Positions 52,386-64,000 of a DNA stretch of 64,000 nucleotides are shown in pieces. The DNA comes from Octopus sinensis. Its lineage: Eukaryota. Made by a program: the position numbers and the translations under genes. The notes under the pieces were generated by a model. It was not told where the DNA came from and did not search any database. It worked only from the letters and a program-made list of their open reading frames with translations. The stretch covers positions 102,672,001 to 102,736,000 of the forward strand of contig NC_043000.1 of the NCBI RefSeq assembly GCF_006345805.1. Reading direction: 5' to 3'. Every line of letters starts with the position of its first letter. The first letter of the stretch is position 1.

Positions 52386-53329
52386 AATTGTCGCATAATT
52401 TGGAAATGTACAAAAGTCAAGGCAACGGCCTTTCATCCCTTCGGGGTCGGTAAATTAAACTTGTAGTCAAGTATTGGGGTCTATGTAAACGATAGGCTCC
52501 ATCCCGTCAAAATTACTAGCTTTGTGCCTTAATCAGAAACCATTATGGATCGGAAGGAATCTGTAGTTAGTTACGACTCTTTACACTCTGAGTTCAAATC
52601 ACACAGGGGCCGACTTTATATATCATAAATACCAAAGAAGGTATGAGATCAATAAAATATGTACCAGGTCAAGCACTCATAATCGATAGAATAAGCAGCA
52701 GTGGAGCACAGACAATCGATGGCAAAATCATTAGAACACCGGACAAAATGGATTGCAGCATTTCATCCGTCCACGTTTTGAATTCAAATTCCGCCAAGAT
52801 CGACTTTGTCTCTTATTCTTTCGAGGGCAATTACTGGAGGTAATGTAATCGATTAGCCCTCTCCCACCAAATTCCAGGCCTTGTGCTCATAGTAGAAAGG
52901 ATTAACCAACAATAAATACCCTTACACCTCCCCGCTTCAAAATGTGTAGCCGTGTGCCTCGTATAAGAACACAATATTAAGATGAAATGATAAACAAATC
53001 ATATGAAAAGCTCGTTTATGGTTAGTCGTTGTGGTATTGTGCAGAGGAGCTTGGCGTCGTGTCTTTATCTTTTGTCACGTCGATTGTGTGAATTATTCTA
53101 CAATCATTGTTGACACCGACAAAACTTTTCGAAACTGTGAGTTGGTAAGATGCATTCCTGCAGATACAGAAACACCAAATTCCATTTTACAGAAAATGAA
53201 AAAAAAAAGAAAAAAATAAGTAACAGATAAAACTAAGCCAAAAGATCAGCAGCCTTGGTGGGGGAGTGACAGGAAAAAAAGCGTTTTTTTTTTGTCTAGA
53301 AAATTCACGAAGATAAAAAAAAGTGGTCT

Positions 53330-53507
53330 TTCTTCTTCTTCTTCTTCTTTTTCTTCCTCTTCTTCTTCTTCTTTTACTTCTTCTTCCCCTTCTTCTTTTT
53401 CTTTTTCTTTTTCTTCTTCTTTTTCGTCTTCCTCTTCTTCTTTTTCTTCTTCTTCCCCTTCTTCTTTTTCTTCTTTCCCTTCTTCTTTCTTCTTCTTCTT
53501 CTTATTC

Positions 53508-53538
<31 letters not shown>

Positions 53539-53632
53539 CATTATTATCATTATTATTATTATTATTCCCCTCTTCCTCTTCTTCGTCTTCTTCTTCTTCT
53601 TCTTCTTCCCTTTCTTCTTCTTCTTCTTCTTC
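53330..53632. repeat. (CTT)n/(ATT)n compound repeat
   Basis: Direct reading; it generates the poly-E and poly-S ORFs in the track. Confidence 0.95.
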
Positions 53633-54547
53633 TAGACACAGACACACGCCCGCCCGCTCGCACGTTCATACTCATACCCGCCCACGACACGCACACACTC
53701 ACACACACACACACACACCACATACACACATATAAACACACACATACACACACTACCCCTACACAGACACACACACTCATGCACACGCACACACCACACA
53801 TACACACATAAACACACATATGCACACACTACCCCTACACACACACACACTACCCCTACACACACACACACTCATACACACACCATCATTCTTCCACACG
53901 TATTTTTTTCCCCTTTTCCTCTCTTATCTTTTACTATATCTCGTCTCCTCCCACGAGTTGGTTCTCTAACGTGCTGCTTCCTTTTCAACCGTCACCTCGT
54001 TTACGCTATCTTACATTCCTCATCTCCACACAGTTCTTAATTTTTGACATGAAGTTTAAAGTGAAAACACCACAATCTGAAATAAATAAATGAATAAATA
54101 AATAAAATAATTTGTTTTAAAGTTTCGACCGTTTCATATGTTTTGAGAACAAAAAAACGCTGGTCTCTGGAAACCAGTTTCATTTAAACACCTCAACGAT
54201 ATACGCACTGAGTATTAGGGTATTAGGGGTATATGTGAAAAACAGACAGATGGACAAAGAAGGTGAGAGAGCGAGGTGGCGGGGTGGGGCAAAAGAAAGA
54301 TTGAGTGTGAGTAGGTGTAATACACACACACACACACATGCACATATATCCTTGTAGTAGTAGTAGTAGTAGTAGTAGTAGTTGTAGTATAGTAGTAGTA
54401 GCAGCAGCAGCAGCAGCCAGAGAGCTAAAGTCTCTTGAAGTCAGTGTTACATTCAAATCTGAATGATTCTAGAAACAACTTCGCTATTTTCTAGATGAAC
54501 CAGCTTGCAAGTTGTAAGTAAAATATAGTATATTATGTATGTGTATG

Positions 54548-54579
<32 letters not shown>

Positions 54580-54729
54580 ATATATATGTATATATATGAC
54601 AAGAGTAAACAAGAGAGACAGAGACAGGCAGAAACAAAAAAGATGCCACTTGTATTTGAACACTATACAAATATTCTTTTAAAAAAAAATTTTCTTTTAA
54701 TTTTTCTAAATTTAATTATTTAATTGTTA

Positions 54730-54765
54730 CAGTTGAAAAAATCTCAATGATTGAAACCGGTGCTG
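54730..54765 (+). ncRNA. Hammerhead-like motif with U3/A8 double change and a non-cleavable GUG triplet
   Basis: CAG-UUGAAAA-AAUC(UCAAU)GAUU-GAAA-CCGG-UG-CUG. Confidence 0.4.
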
Positions 54766-54815
54766 AAATGTTTTTTATAAAATTATTTTAGCATTTTCTA
54801 TATATATATTTTTCC

Positions 54816-54890
<75 letters not shown>

Positions 54891-54961
54891 CAAAGATACA
54901 TGTTTATATATACGTATATATTCATATACATAAATGAATTAATATATATTCTTTTTTTTCT

Positions 54962-55291
54962 ATTCTTTTACTTGTTTCATTTGACTTCGGCCATGCTGTA
55001 GGACCGCCTTTAATCGAACAAATCAACCCCAGGACTTATTCTTTGTAAGCGTAGTACTTATTCTATCAGTACCTTTTGTCGAACCGCTAAGTTAGTGGGA
55101 CCTAAACAAGCGATGGTGGACACAGACACACACACATACAAATATACGATTATATGTATTCTACGGGCTTCTTTCAGTTTCTCTCTGTCAAATCCGGAGG
55201 CTATAATAGAAGACACTTGTCCAAGGTGCCATGCAGTGGGACTGAACTCGGAACCATGAGGTTGGGAAGCAAGCTTCTTACCACACAGCCA
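54962..55291 (-). mobile_element. SINE family A, with deletions
   Basis: Both tail and head are present in reverse complement. Confidence 0.8.
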
Positions 55292-55769
55292 ATGTATATA
55301 TATATATATATATATGATGATGAAACAAGTATATAAAAGAATGAAAGAATATTCTAACAGATCAGTGTTGGAGTCCTCCTGTCAGTAAATCTGTCATAGA
55401 GACGATCACGTGATCAGTTATATTGAACCAATCTTATCGATCGTGGTTTCACTTACGTTCTTCTAGGAAGTTTTCTCTTTTATGGAGAAAATACCACCAG
55501 GAATTTACACCCATTCAGGCAGACATAAACAACACACACGAGCGCACATTCGCTTTTTTGTTTTCATGTTTTTATATTATTCAAATGACGTAATTACTTA
55601 GGATTTCCTGCTCTTCAGTTGAAAGGTGATAACTCTCAAAGTGGAACGTTAAGTACTTTTCGTTGTTCCATGCCATTCTTTTATTTATTATCTGTGTTTT
55701 CTGCGTTCCTTGCTTCCCGTTAAGAAAATATTTTAATGACAGCTGCACTGATGATGATCGTATGCACGT

Positions 55770-55912
55770 AAGCTCAAAGTAAGCGACCACATTGTTTCGG
55801 GTTCTGTCTCATTGTGTGGTACCTTGGGTAAATGTCTTCTGCTATAGCCTCGAGGTTGACCAATGCCTTGTGAATAAATTTGGGTGACGGACACCATATG
55901 GAAATCTGTCAT
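55770..55912 (+). mobile_element. SINE family A, degenerate 5' half
   Basis: GTGGTACCTTGGGTAAATGTCTTCTGCTATAGCC...AATGCCTTGTGAAT. Confidence 0.6.
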
Positions 55913-56494
55913 GTGTGTGTATGTGTGTGTCTTTGTGTCAGGAATTTTGTTAAATTTCTTCCAACCACTTTAAGTTTTTCAAAGTTTCGCCAAATCATTT
56001 TCTAAAAATATCATTTTAGTGCAGTTTTGCATGCTGATGATGTTAATCGCATTCATATGTTTGAATTTGTCAACACCACTGAATGTTATGCAAAAGACAA
56101 GAACAGAATAAGTACCAAACTTGAAAAAATATGTCCAAGGCTCTATCTGTTCTACTGAAACCCTTTAAGGTGGTGCCCCAGCACGACTCCAGTCCCGTGC
56201 TGAAACAAATAAAAGTCGTTGACTATAGGAAATGATGACTACAGTAACATTTCTCTCCTCACCCTCCCCTTCCTTCTTTTTACAAGTAACTAGTGATTTC
56301 TTCTTTGTTGATATGATGATTATTCAATAGAATATACCAATGGTTCCCAACCTGGTATATGCAGATCCCTGTGCTCCGTAAAGGTAGTAGTGGGGCTCCG
56401 TGAACTAAATTCAAAATTTTCGCCATGATAGATCGGTAGCCACTACACACATTTTTTTCTCTCCTTGTTTCTCTCCTTGTTTTTTTCTGTGTCC

Positions 56495-56530
56495 CTTTCT
56501 GTAGAAGAGCGTAGGCTCGAAACGTAAAAG
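56495..56530 (+). ncRNA. Minimal hammerhead motif, A6U variant
   Basis: CUUU-CUGUAGA-A-GAGC(GUAG)GCUC-GAAA-CG-UA-AAAG. Confidence 0.55.
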
Positions 56531-56622
56531 ACGTTTTCAATTCCTGAGCGTTATACTAATACATCTGTTTGTTTTGTACACCACCTGTCTTCGTCTTTTG
56601 TTTTTTTCGTGAACTCTCCCCC

Positions 56623-56663
<41 letters not shown>

Positions 56664-56771
56664 GGAGAGTTCACGAAAAAAACAAAAGACGAAGACAGGT
56701 GGTGTACAAAACAAACAGATGTATTAGTATAACGCTCAGGAATTGAAAACGTCTTTTACGTTTCGAGCCTA
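56512..56771. repeat. Perfect inverted repeat, 113-bp arms around a (TA)n spacer
   Basis: 56512-56624 is the reverse complement of 56659-56771. Confidence 0.95.
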
Positions 56772-57497
56772 TATATATATAAATTTACATAGATGTATAA
56801 AGAGTGAACATTTCTATATGCTACACTGGATACATTGGTTGTTCGTCTGGTATGTTGATTTTTTGTTCATTCGTTATAAATCTTGAATTATGCATGCACT
56901 AATGATTAAAGAGTGCATTTCTGCACTAATTATGAAATAACGTGATTTGCAGCTGAATTCTGTTTTTAAGTGGCTTGCTTCGAGAGTTACATTTCCTCGC
57001 ACTCGGTACGATATGTTTGTTTATTTTGGTAGTTTTGACTTTAAGAGTCCCTCCTAGCGTGTGACATTTATGTATAGTAATGCCCTCTATATAATATAAA
57101 TCTATATATATGCATGTATGTATACACACACACACACACACTGACATCTCACATAAGGATAAGCATGTTAAAAGGGGTCTAAGGGAAAATTCATTTAAAT
57201 AAAAGAGTTGGGAACCACTGGAATGTACTATGCAGTTATATGCAAAGTAGATATAGACACTATGAAAATAGAGATAAGCCGCACTTGTTTCACTCTTGCT
57301 TATACATTTTTAGCCAACACTGAGCAACAGATTTGCCAAGCCTCACGACCTTGTCACGAGGCCTACGATTTTACCCATGATCTCACGCTCTCAGAAGCAA
57401 TTTCTCAACTCTCTCGAAACTCAAAACAATTTTTTGTAAGTCTAATATTTTGTAAACATTGGAGCGAACACTACCATCTTCTGGCGACTTGACAAAT

Positions 57498-57544
57498 CAC
57501 CAGACCGTCCGGTTTCGAGCTATTTTTGCCCATCCTCAGTGGTG
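57498..57544 (-). ncRNA. Type-I hammerhead ribozyme motif, canonical core
   Basis: Minus strand: CACCA-CUGAGGA-U-GGGC(AAAAAUA)GCUC-GAAA-CC(GGAC)GG-UC-UGGUG. Stems I, II and III all close; GUC triplet. Confidence 0.8.
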
Positions 57545-57650
57545 GAAAACCTGTCCACTAGAGATAGCAGTAGTTCGTTCCAGCACGTACGAAACAGCCA
57601 TGTTGAAATGATGGCAAACATTACTTCTCGGTATAGCTACTACCTTCATC

Positions 57651-58195
57651 GGATCTTTTCAAATTTGTGGCCAGGACCCCAGATCTTTCTAGTTAACTAA
57701 ATAATTTGAAACTTTGTGTACTCATAGAGTGGAACTAGTTTATTCGCCAGTTGGAACTAGTTTATTTGAGAAAAATCTATTTTATGACTTTAATCGTAGA
57801 TTAAAACTGCGAATTTTAACCAATGAGATTGCTTGTTTTCATATCTAACGTTACTGCGATCTGTTAGTGTGACGTTGAAAGCATTTTGTGACGTCTGCTA
57901 TTTCTAAAAAGCTTTGTGTGTGGTAAAGTAATTTTTTTACTTTACCATATTTTTATAAATTATATCGGAGAATCCATATTTTTATAACATATATCGGAGA
58001 ATCCATATTTTTATAACATATATCGGAGAATCCATGTGATTTTTCGTTGTTTTTCTCTTATACGTATGTGAATTATTTCTGAGTATGCATTGTCTGGGAG
58101 ACTTTTTCTTGCAGTCGAGAAATTTTTGGCTGCTATTTCTAAAAAGCTCGGTGTGTGGTTAAGTAATTTTTTTACTTTACCATATTTTTTAATTA

Positions 58196-58242
<47 letters not shown>

Positions 58243-58864
58243 TTACTCGGTGTATGTGTATATGTATGTCTGCATGTGTGTGTATGTGTGTGTGTGTGTG
58301 TAAGTATGTGTAAAAAATACATTGAATCGGCCATACATACATACATACATACATACACATACACAGATACATACACACATACATGCATACATACATATAC
58401 ACATACACCGAGTAAAAAATTTCAGTTATCTCTCTCTTTCACACATTACTCTCTCTGTCTCTTCACACACACTAACAGAAGCACTTCACTTACACAACAT
58501 ACTGTCTCCCACACCCCATCAAACACACACACAAACACATGTACATCAATGCTTCCCCTAGACGGTAACTTCAAAGACAAACTTTTGTTATTAGAAGGTG
58601 GCTGACTATAGCTTGTTTACATTGTTTAATACGTCACGAAATTGGTGGTCGAGACGGAGTAAATAAAATAAAGCCGAATGACGGAATATCATTGGTTAAA
58701 ATTCTAATTATTAAACAACGTTAAACTTAGAAGTTACAATTCCGTTTTCATTCTGGTTTACAATTAAGTTTACTTTTGACACATTCTACCAGTATACGAA
58801 GTTTCAAATTGTTTGGTTCAGTAGGAAAAATTTGAAAAAACTGGCTTCAGAATAGAAAAGATCC
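57651..58864. mobile_element. Foldback/MITE-like element, copy 2
   Basis: Both arms closely match 48519-48780 and 49190-49457; the interior differs. Confidence 0.7.
57960..58035. repeat. 29-bp tandem repeat (~2.5 copies)
   Basis: ATATATCGGAGAATCCATATTTTTATAAC repeated. Confidence 0.85.
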
Positions 58865-58910
58865 CCTTCATCTCTTATAGAGATTTTCTGACTAGTATTT
58901 GTTTTTTCTA

Positions 58911-58965
<55 letters not shown>

Positions 58966-59221
58966 ACACACACACACACACAAAACCAATGTTAATGAAA
59001 ATCCTTAAGGACCACATTTTATTGTTTACTGTATATATTGTATGAAACTGAATTGCAATTGCGCTTAATCTAAAACCGGCTCTGCTAGAAAATTTGAAAG
59101 TATCTCACTACATTTTGTCATTTCTCGCTACTTTTTCTAGTTCCAGGTTCGAATTCTCACGACTTTTGATCTTTGAGGGTTGGCACGTCTGGATATTAAC
59201 ATTTTGTATTTGTCTTTTAAC

Positions 59222-59474
59222 TTTTATCTTTTTCAGTTATCGGAATGTGGCCATGCTGGAATACCGCCTTGAAGGGTTTTGGTGGAATAAAGTCTGGTAC
59301 TTATTCTATCAGTGGCTTTGGTCGAACTAAGTTACGGGGACATAAACAAACCTAAGCCGGTTGTTAAACGGTGTGGTCGGGTCAAACATAAAATCACACA
59401 TACGCATATATATATCCATATATATATACATATACATACACACGTACACACACGCACGCACACACACACACACA

Positions 59475-59548
<74 letters not shown>

Positions 59549-59686
59549 GACGAACTTCCCCATAGTTTCGGTCTACCAAATTCACTCGGCCCGGGGTTAA
59601 AGTAAATCATTTTTGCCCAGGGTGCCGCGCAGTGGCACTGAACTCAAAATTACGTGATTGTAAACCGATCATTTAACCACATAGTT
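59222..59686 (-). mobile_element. SINE family A, diverged full length with expanded internal microsatellite
   Basis: Tail, body and head are recognisable in reverse complement. Confidence 0.75.
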
Positions 59687-60649
59687 AGGCTAGCGTTTAT
59701 GTCATACTAATTCTTTAGAAAAGTGTCTTCCACTAATATCCGTTGCTTTCAACATTTTTGAAGCCCTATTAAATCCAAACTGTTCTAAAAGTTTCGGCTG
59801 ATCTTTTTAAAGTTATCTCCCTTGCTTACTCTACTTCCCTAGATGCTTGAATGATTTCATTTTCGACAATCCATATAACATATATTGTGACTTTACCGTA
59901 TTGATAAGAAATGTAAGAATAAAGAGAGGAAATGAAGGGGCTAATTTTACGGCTTTGGAATTGGATTAACAACATTTAAAACAAAGACTGGAGTGAATGG
60001 AGTAAACAAACATTTTAAAATTATTTAGTGGTAAACAGTAATGTGACAAGCGATTCCAAAGATCCAGCCCTCAGTGACGCGAGGCTTGTTTATTGACAGC
60101 AGAGACTGGTAGACAAACTTAAAATGGAGTCTTATTATTGCTTTGCCTACTCCAATGCATCAGAATGGTTAGTTAGTAGCTGGTTCAACAAGTGCCTTAT
60201 GAGGAGAGGTCATTAGGGTGTCAAAGTTAGCAGTAATAAGCTTCAGCGTATTTTGGGAGCATGACCAAGTTAGTAAGATTGGCTGTGTGTCAAGGGGACA
60301 GTGAGACTGGAAGGACTAGTAAATAGCCATAAATATGATAAGATCTTTCTTGTTTGACAGGAGGAGAAATAAAAATGTATAATTTAAGTTTTCAAGGTAG
60401 TTTTCACGGGGTGATTGATGTATTTTCACCAAATTTTCATTTTGATTTTGTTTGCGATTGGTGAACAACGGTGTTATCATTGGTTACAACTTTCCAGCAT
60501 GGCAATCGTTCGTGCTCCTGCATTTCTGACGCCAAGAATGACAAGGGTGTGTCTGTAACTGTAACTTGATGTAAAACATCGCTCAAACAACACCGGTTCT
60601 TCGAGTTTCTTGCTGGTACACACACACAGTATAAGCACAAGGACTGAAA

Positions 60650-60795
60650 TTTGGGAGCTTGGGAGTTAGTCAATTGCAGTGACTCCAGTACATCATTAGT
60701 ACATTTTTCAACCACCCCAAAACTACGAAAAACAAAGTCGACCCGGCGCAATTTGAATACAGAACATAAAGATATAAGAAATGCCGCAAAGGCGT
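60650..60795 (-). mobile_element. SINE family B, degenerate
   Basis: CAAAGTCGACCCGGCGCAATTTGAATACAGAAC. Confidence 0.6.
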
Positions 60796-60796
60796 A

Positions 60797-61187
60797 GCAG
60801 TGGCTGTGTGGTAAGTAGTTTGTTTACCAACCACATGGTCTCGGGTTCAGTCCCACTGCGTGGCACTTTGAGCAAGTGTCTTCTGCTATAGCCTCGGATC
60901 GACCAAAAGCCTTGAGGGTGGATTTGGTAAACGGAAACTGAAAGAAGCCCGTCGTATATATGTGTGTGTATATGTTTGTGTGTCTGTGTTTGTTCCCCCC
61001 CCCCAACATCGCTTGACAACCGATGCTGGTGTGTTTACGTCCCCGTCACTTAGCGGTTCGGCAAAAGAGACCGATAGAATAAGTACTAGGCCTACAAAGA
61101 ATAAGTCCTGGGGTCTATTTACTCGACTAAAGGTGGTGCTCCAGCATGGCCGCAGTCAAATGACTGAAACAAGTAAAAGAGTAAAAG
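60797..61187 (+). mobile_element. SINE family A, full length
   Basis: Matches 49873-50283 throughout. Confidence 0.9.
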
Positions 61188-62202
61188 TGTAAAGCATTTT
61201 GTCTGGCGGGCTAACGATTTTGCCAGCTTTATCTATCTATCTATCTATCTATCTACTAATTTGTCTGTCTGCATATATGTATGTATCTATGTGTGTGTTT
61301 ATGTATGTGAGTATGTAAAAGGCGCACGAAGAAGTGATGACGAAAAGTAAAAGCTGTCACATTTAACACGCATATGTACACTCAGTCAAAGAAAGACCTT
61401 CGGTATTAAACTGCCTTGAAGAGAATTTCTCCTGGATGAAAATACATCGAACTGGCTTACGAACGATGTAATCGAAGTGCAGGACACATGTTTCTCTGTC
61501 CTTATGCTTCTTCATTTGCAGACACAGAAAGCATCGTTCATAACTCACTAAGAATTGTCATTTCTTATATGTAAATAAGAAATTTGCTGGCGTGTGCGAA
61601 ATTTCGACAAGCTGGACTTAATTATTTATGTGTATTTTTGTGTGTCGTGTGTGTGTGTATGTATACACACTCACACACATTCACGTGTGCGGCTACACAT
61701 GTACACAACAGCATTCCACGTAGTTTCCGTCTATCAAATTTCATTCTCAATCTGGGAATATAATAGAAAAAAATTAGCGAAGATGCTATGAAGTTAGATC
61801 GAACCCAGGGAGAAATCAAACATCCTAACCTCAGACTCACGTTTGTGCTCAAATCAACAAGTGTATTTAGTTACTTAGACTCAGTACTCCAGTACTTTGA
61901 CGAGGTCTACATCAATTCTCTATCAAAGTCAATGTGTGTTTTATTTTGTGTTTAATTAAAATGTTTAATGTTTGTTTTAGTGCTGGCAAAGCTAACAGTA
62001 TGGAAAAATTTGTGTGTATTTAGATACTTTGTTGTCGTTCGTCACGTGTTCACGGCGTTCGAGTGTGTGTGTGTGCGCGCGCGCATGTTATTTTTGTCCT
62101 GCCTGGTATAAATGTGTGTTTATGCAATTCGCTTCTCAACGAGTAGGGTCCATGTTCGATTCCACTTTGCCCAGATCAGAAATCATTATTAAGGCTGTGA
62201 GC

Positions 62203-62644
62203 TGGCAGATTCATTAGAATAACAAGCAAAATGCTCAACGGCATTTCTTCCGTCTGTTTAACGATTTGAATTCAAATTCCGTTGGAGTCAACTTATCCTT
62301 TTCTCCTTTCGGAATCTATAAAACACTGGGGTCGATGTAATCGACTTAGACTCCACCCCTAAAATTGCAGGCCACGAAACTATTATTATTGCTGTTGGCG
62401 GTGGCGAGCTGGCAGAAACGTTAAGCACGCCGGGCGAAATGCGTAGCCGTATTTCGTCTGTCGTTACTTTTCGAGTTCAAATTCCGCCGAGGTCGATTTT
62501 GCCTTTCATCCTTTCGGGGTCGATAAATTAAGTACCAGTTACGCACTGGGGTCGATGTAATCGACTTAATCCTTTATTTGTCCCCTCTGTGTCTGTCCTT
62601 GTTTGTCCCCTCTGTGTTTAGCCCCTTGTGGGTAGTAAAGAAAT
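62203..62644 (+). mobile_element. Two SINE family B copies (degenerate 62203-62375; young 62397-62644)
   Basis: Family B head and body in both copies. Confidence 0.85.
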
Positions 62645-62914
62645 ATTGTTGTTGTTGACGTTATTGTTTCATACAAGCTGTTCCAAGCCGCAACAGCAAG
62701 ATGGACGTTTTACTATGAGTGCTATTTATGATTAGCGATGAAATATTGTAGGGGAGGAAGACCAGAATTTAAGAACTAAGATTCAGTTATATTTGTATTA
62801 TTTCAGTTTTGAATGAGTTTGAATAAAATCAGGGATTTTAAAGTTACCAGTGTCTTTCTTAGGATGTGGGCAGTTCCCATATTTTTTTTTATTTTTATCT
62901 TTTGTGTTTGTTTC

Positions 62915-63045
62915 AGTTATCTGACTGTAGCCATACTGGGGCACCGCCTTGAAATTTTTGTCGAATATATTGACCCCAGGACATTTTTTTAAAGCCTGTT
63001 ACTCTGTCGATCTCTTTGGCCGAACCTCTAAGTTACGGGGACTAA
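62915..63045 (-). mobile_element. SINE family A, 3' fragment
   Basis: GCCATACTGGGGCACCGCC...AAGTTACGGGGAC. Confidence 0.7.
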
Positions 63046-63209
63046 ATGGCCTATAGGAATCGTATATCTGAATCACGAAACTATTGTTCACCAAATGCCT
63101 GGCCATAGAAATCTGTTTATGATTTATGTTTATGGAAATCTGTTTTCTATAAAATATGAGTATGGGTATAACTTTCAGAGATATTCCCACCATAACTTTC
63201 TTTATTTCT

Positions 63210-63423
63210 TATTCTTTTACTTGTTTCAGTTATTTGTTTGCGGCCATGCTGGGGCACCACCTTGAATGGTTTCAGTCTAACAAATCGACCCCAGGACTTA
63301 TCTTTTTTTAAAACCTAGTACTTATGATATCGGTCCCTTTACCGAACTACTAAGTTACGGGGACATAACACACCAACACCCGTTTCAAACGGTGGTGGTA
63401 GGATAAACACAAACACAGGCACG

Positions 63424-63457
<34 letters not shown>

Positions 63458-63608
63458 CGACAGTCTTCTTCCAGTTTCCGTCTACTAAATCCACTTACAA
63501 GGCTTTGGCCTGCCTGAGGCTATAGTAAAAGACATTTGCCAAAGGTACCATACAATAGGACTGAACCTGGAACCATGTGGTTGGGAAGCAAGCTTCTTAG
63601 CACACACT
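63210..63608 (-). mobile_element. SINE family A, full length
   Basis: Reverse complement of the family A consensus. Confidence 0.85.
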
Positions 63609-63864
63609 CAAACCTTAGAGATGTATATTCCTGGAATTAAATTTACCAGAAAATTCATTTTAGATGGTGTAGTTTACGATTAGGTAGGTAGGTGGGGGGA
63701 GTGGAATTTTTTAGGATCATTTATCTAATAGTTCTTTATTAGATGTGTATTTTTATCGAAATTTTCTGGAGATACGTTTTCGACAGCGTAGATTACTGTT
63801 ACCTTGACAAAAATTGAAGAAAAGAAGATTGATTAATAATTAATCATTATTGGTGTAACCTATG

Positions 63865-63990
63865 CGTGTGGTTGTGTGGTAAGAAGCTTGCATCCCAACC
63901 ACATGGTTCCGGTTTCAATCACACTGAGTGACATCTACGGCCAGTGTCTTCTATTATAATTCTAGGCCGACCAATGCCTTGATTGGATTT
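63865..63990 (+). mobile_element. SINE family A, 5' fragment
   Basis: GTGGTTGTGTGGTAAGAAGCTTGC...GGCCGACCAATGCCTTG. Confidence 0.7.
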
Positions 63991-64000
63991 ATTACACGAA

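Larger units (their letters stand above)
56338..57220. mobile_element. hAT-type MITE with 8-bp TSD, carrying nested insertions
   Basis: TIRs CAATGGTTCCCAAC / GTTGGGAACCACTG (13/14 match); flanks GAATATAC / GAATGTAC (7/8 match). Confidence 0.8.

Noticed and set aside
53246-53811. Poly-E/poly-S/poly-L ORFs resembling acidic proteins
   Set aside because: They are produced by a (CTT)n/(ATT)n compound repeat, with no splice or domain evidence.
54121-54176. Minus-strand GUUUC-CAGAGA...GAAA CGG UC-GAAAC
   Set aside because: Stem I pairs, but the core has a substitution plus a deletion and stem II is poor.
54210-54230. TTAGGG telomere-like hexamers
   Set aside because: Only two non-contiguous copies.

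Overview
AT-rich, microsatellite-saturated animal genomic DNA. I recognise the SINE families as resembling those of Octopus/coleoid cephalopods (from recall, not a database search). No host protein-coding exon could be supported in the 64 kb, so this looks like a large intron or intergenic region, and nearly all ORFs in the supplied track are translations of simple repeats or SINEs. The real coding content is all transposon-derived: (1) a near full-length CR1/L2-group LINE at ~11521-15470, with an intact ORF1 (Myb/SANT-like N-terminus plus CCCH zinc finger) and an APE+RT ORF2 broken by two 1-nt frameshifts; (2) a degraded DD41D-type Tc1/mariner at 16660-17972; (3) a tandemly duplicated 3' fragment of an R4/Dong-like RLE retrotransposon at 9441-10665; (4) a mariner foldback made of two 3' ends at 34185-34680. 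There are also dozens of copies of three tRNA-derived SINE families, hAT-type MITEs with 8-bp TSDs and several long inverted repeats. The most interesting signal is a set of type-I hammerhead ribozyme motifs in sequence-unrelated repeats: two with a canonical core (22430-22516 and 57498-57544, minus strand) and three core variants (26804-26844, 54730-54765, 56495-56530). Several sit ~60-110 nt upstream of (TA)n tracts and one is tied to a perfect inverted duplication, an architecture typical of Penelope-like elements/retrozymes. All structures were derived by eye, and coordinates of degenerate repeats are approximate.
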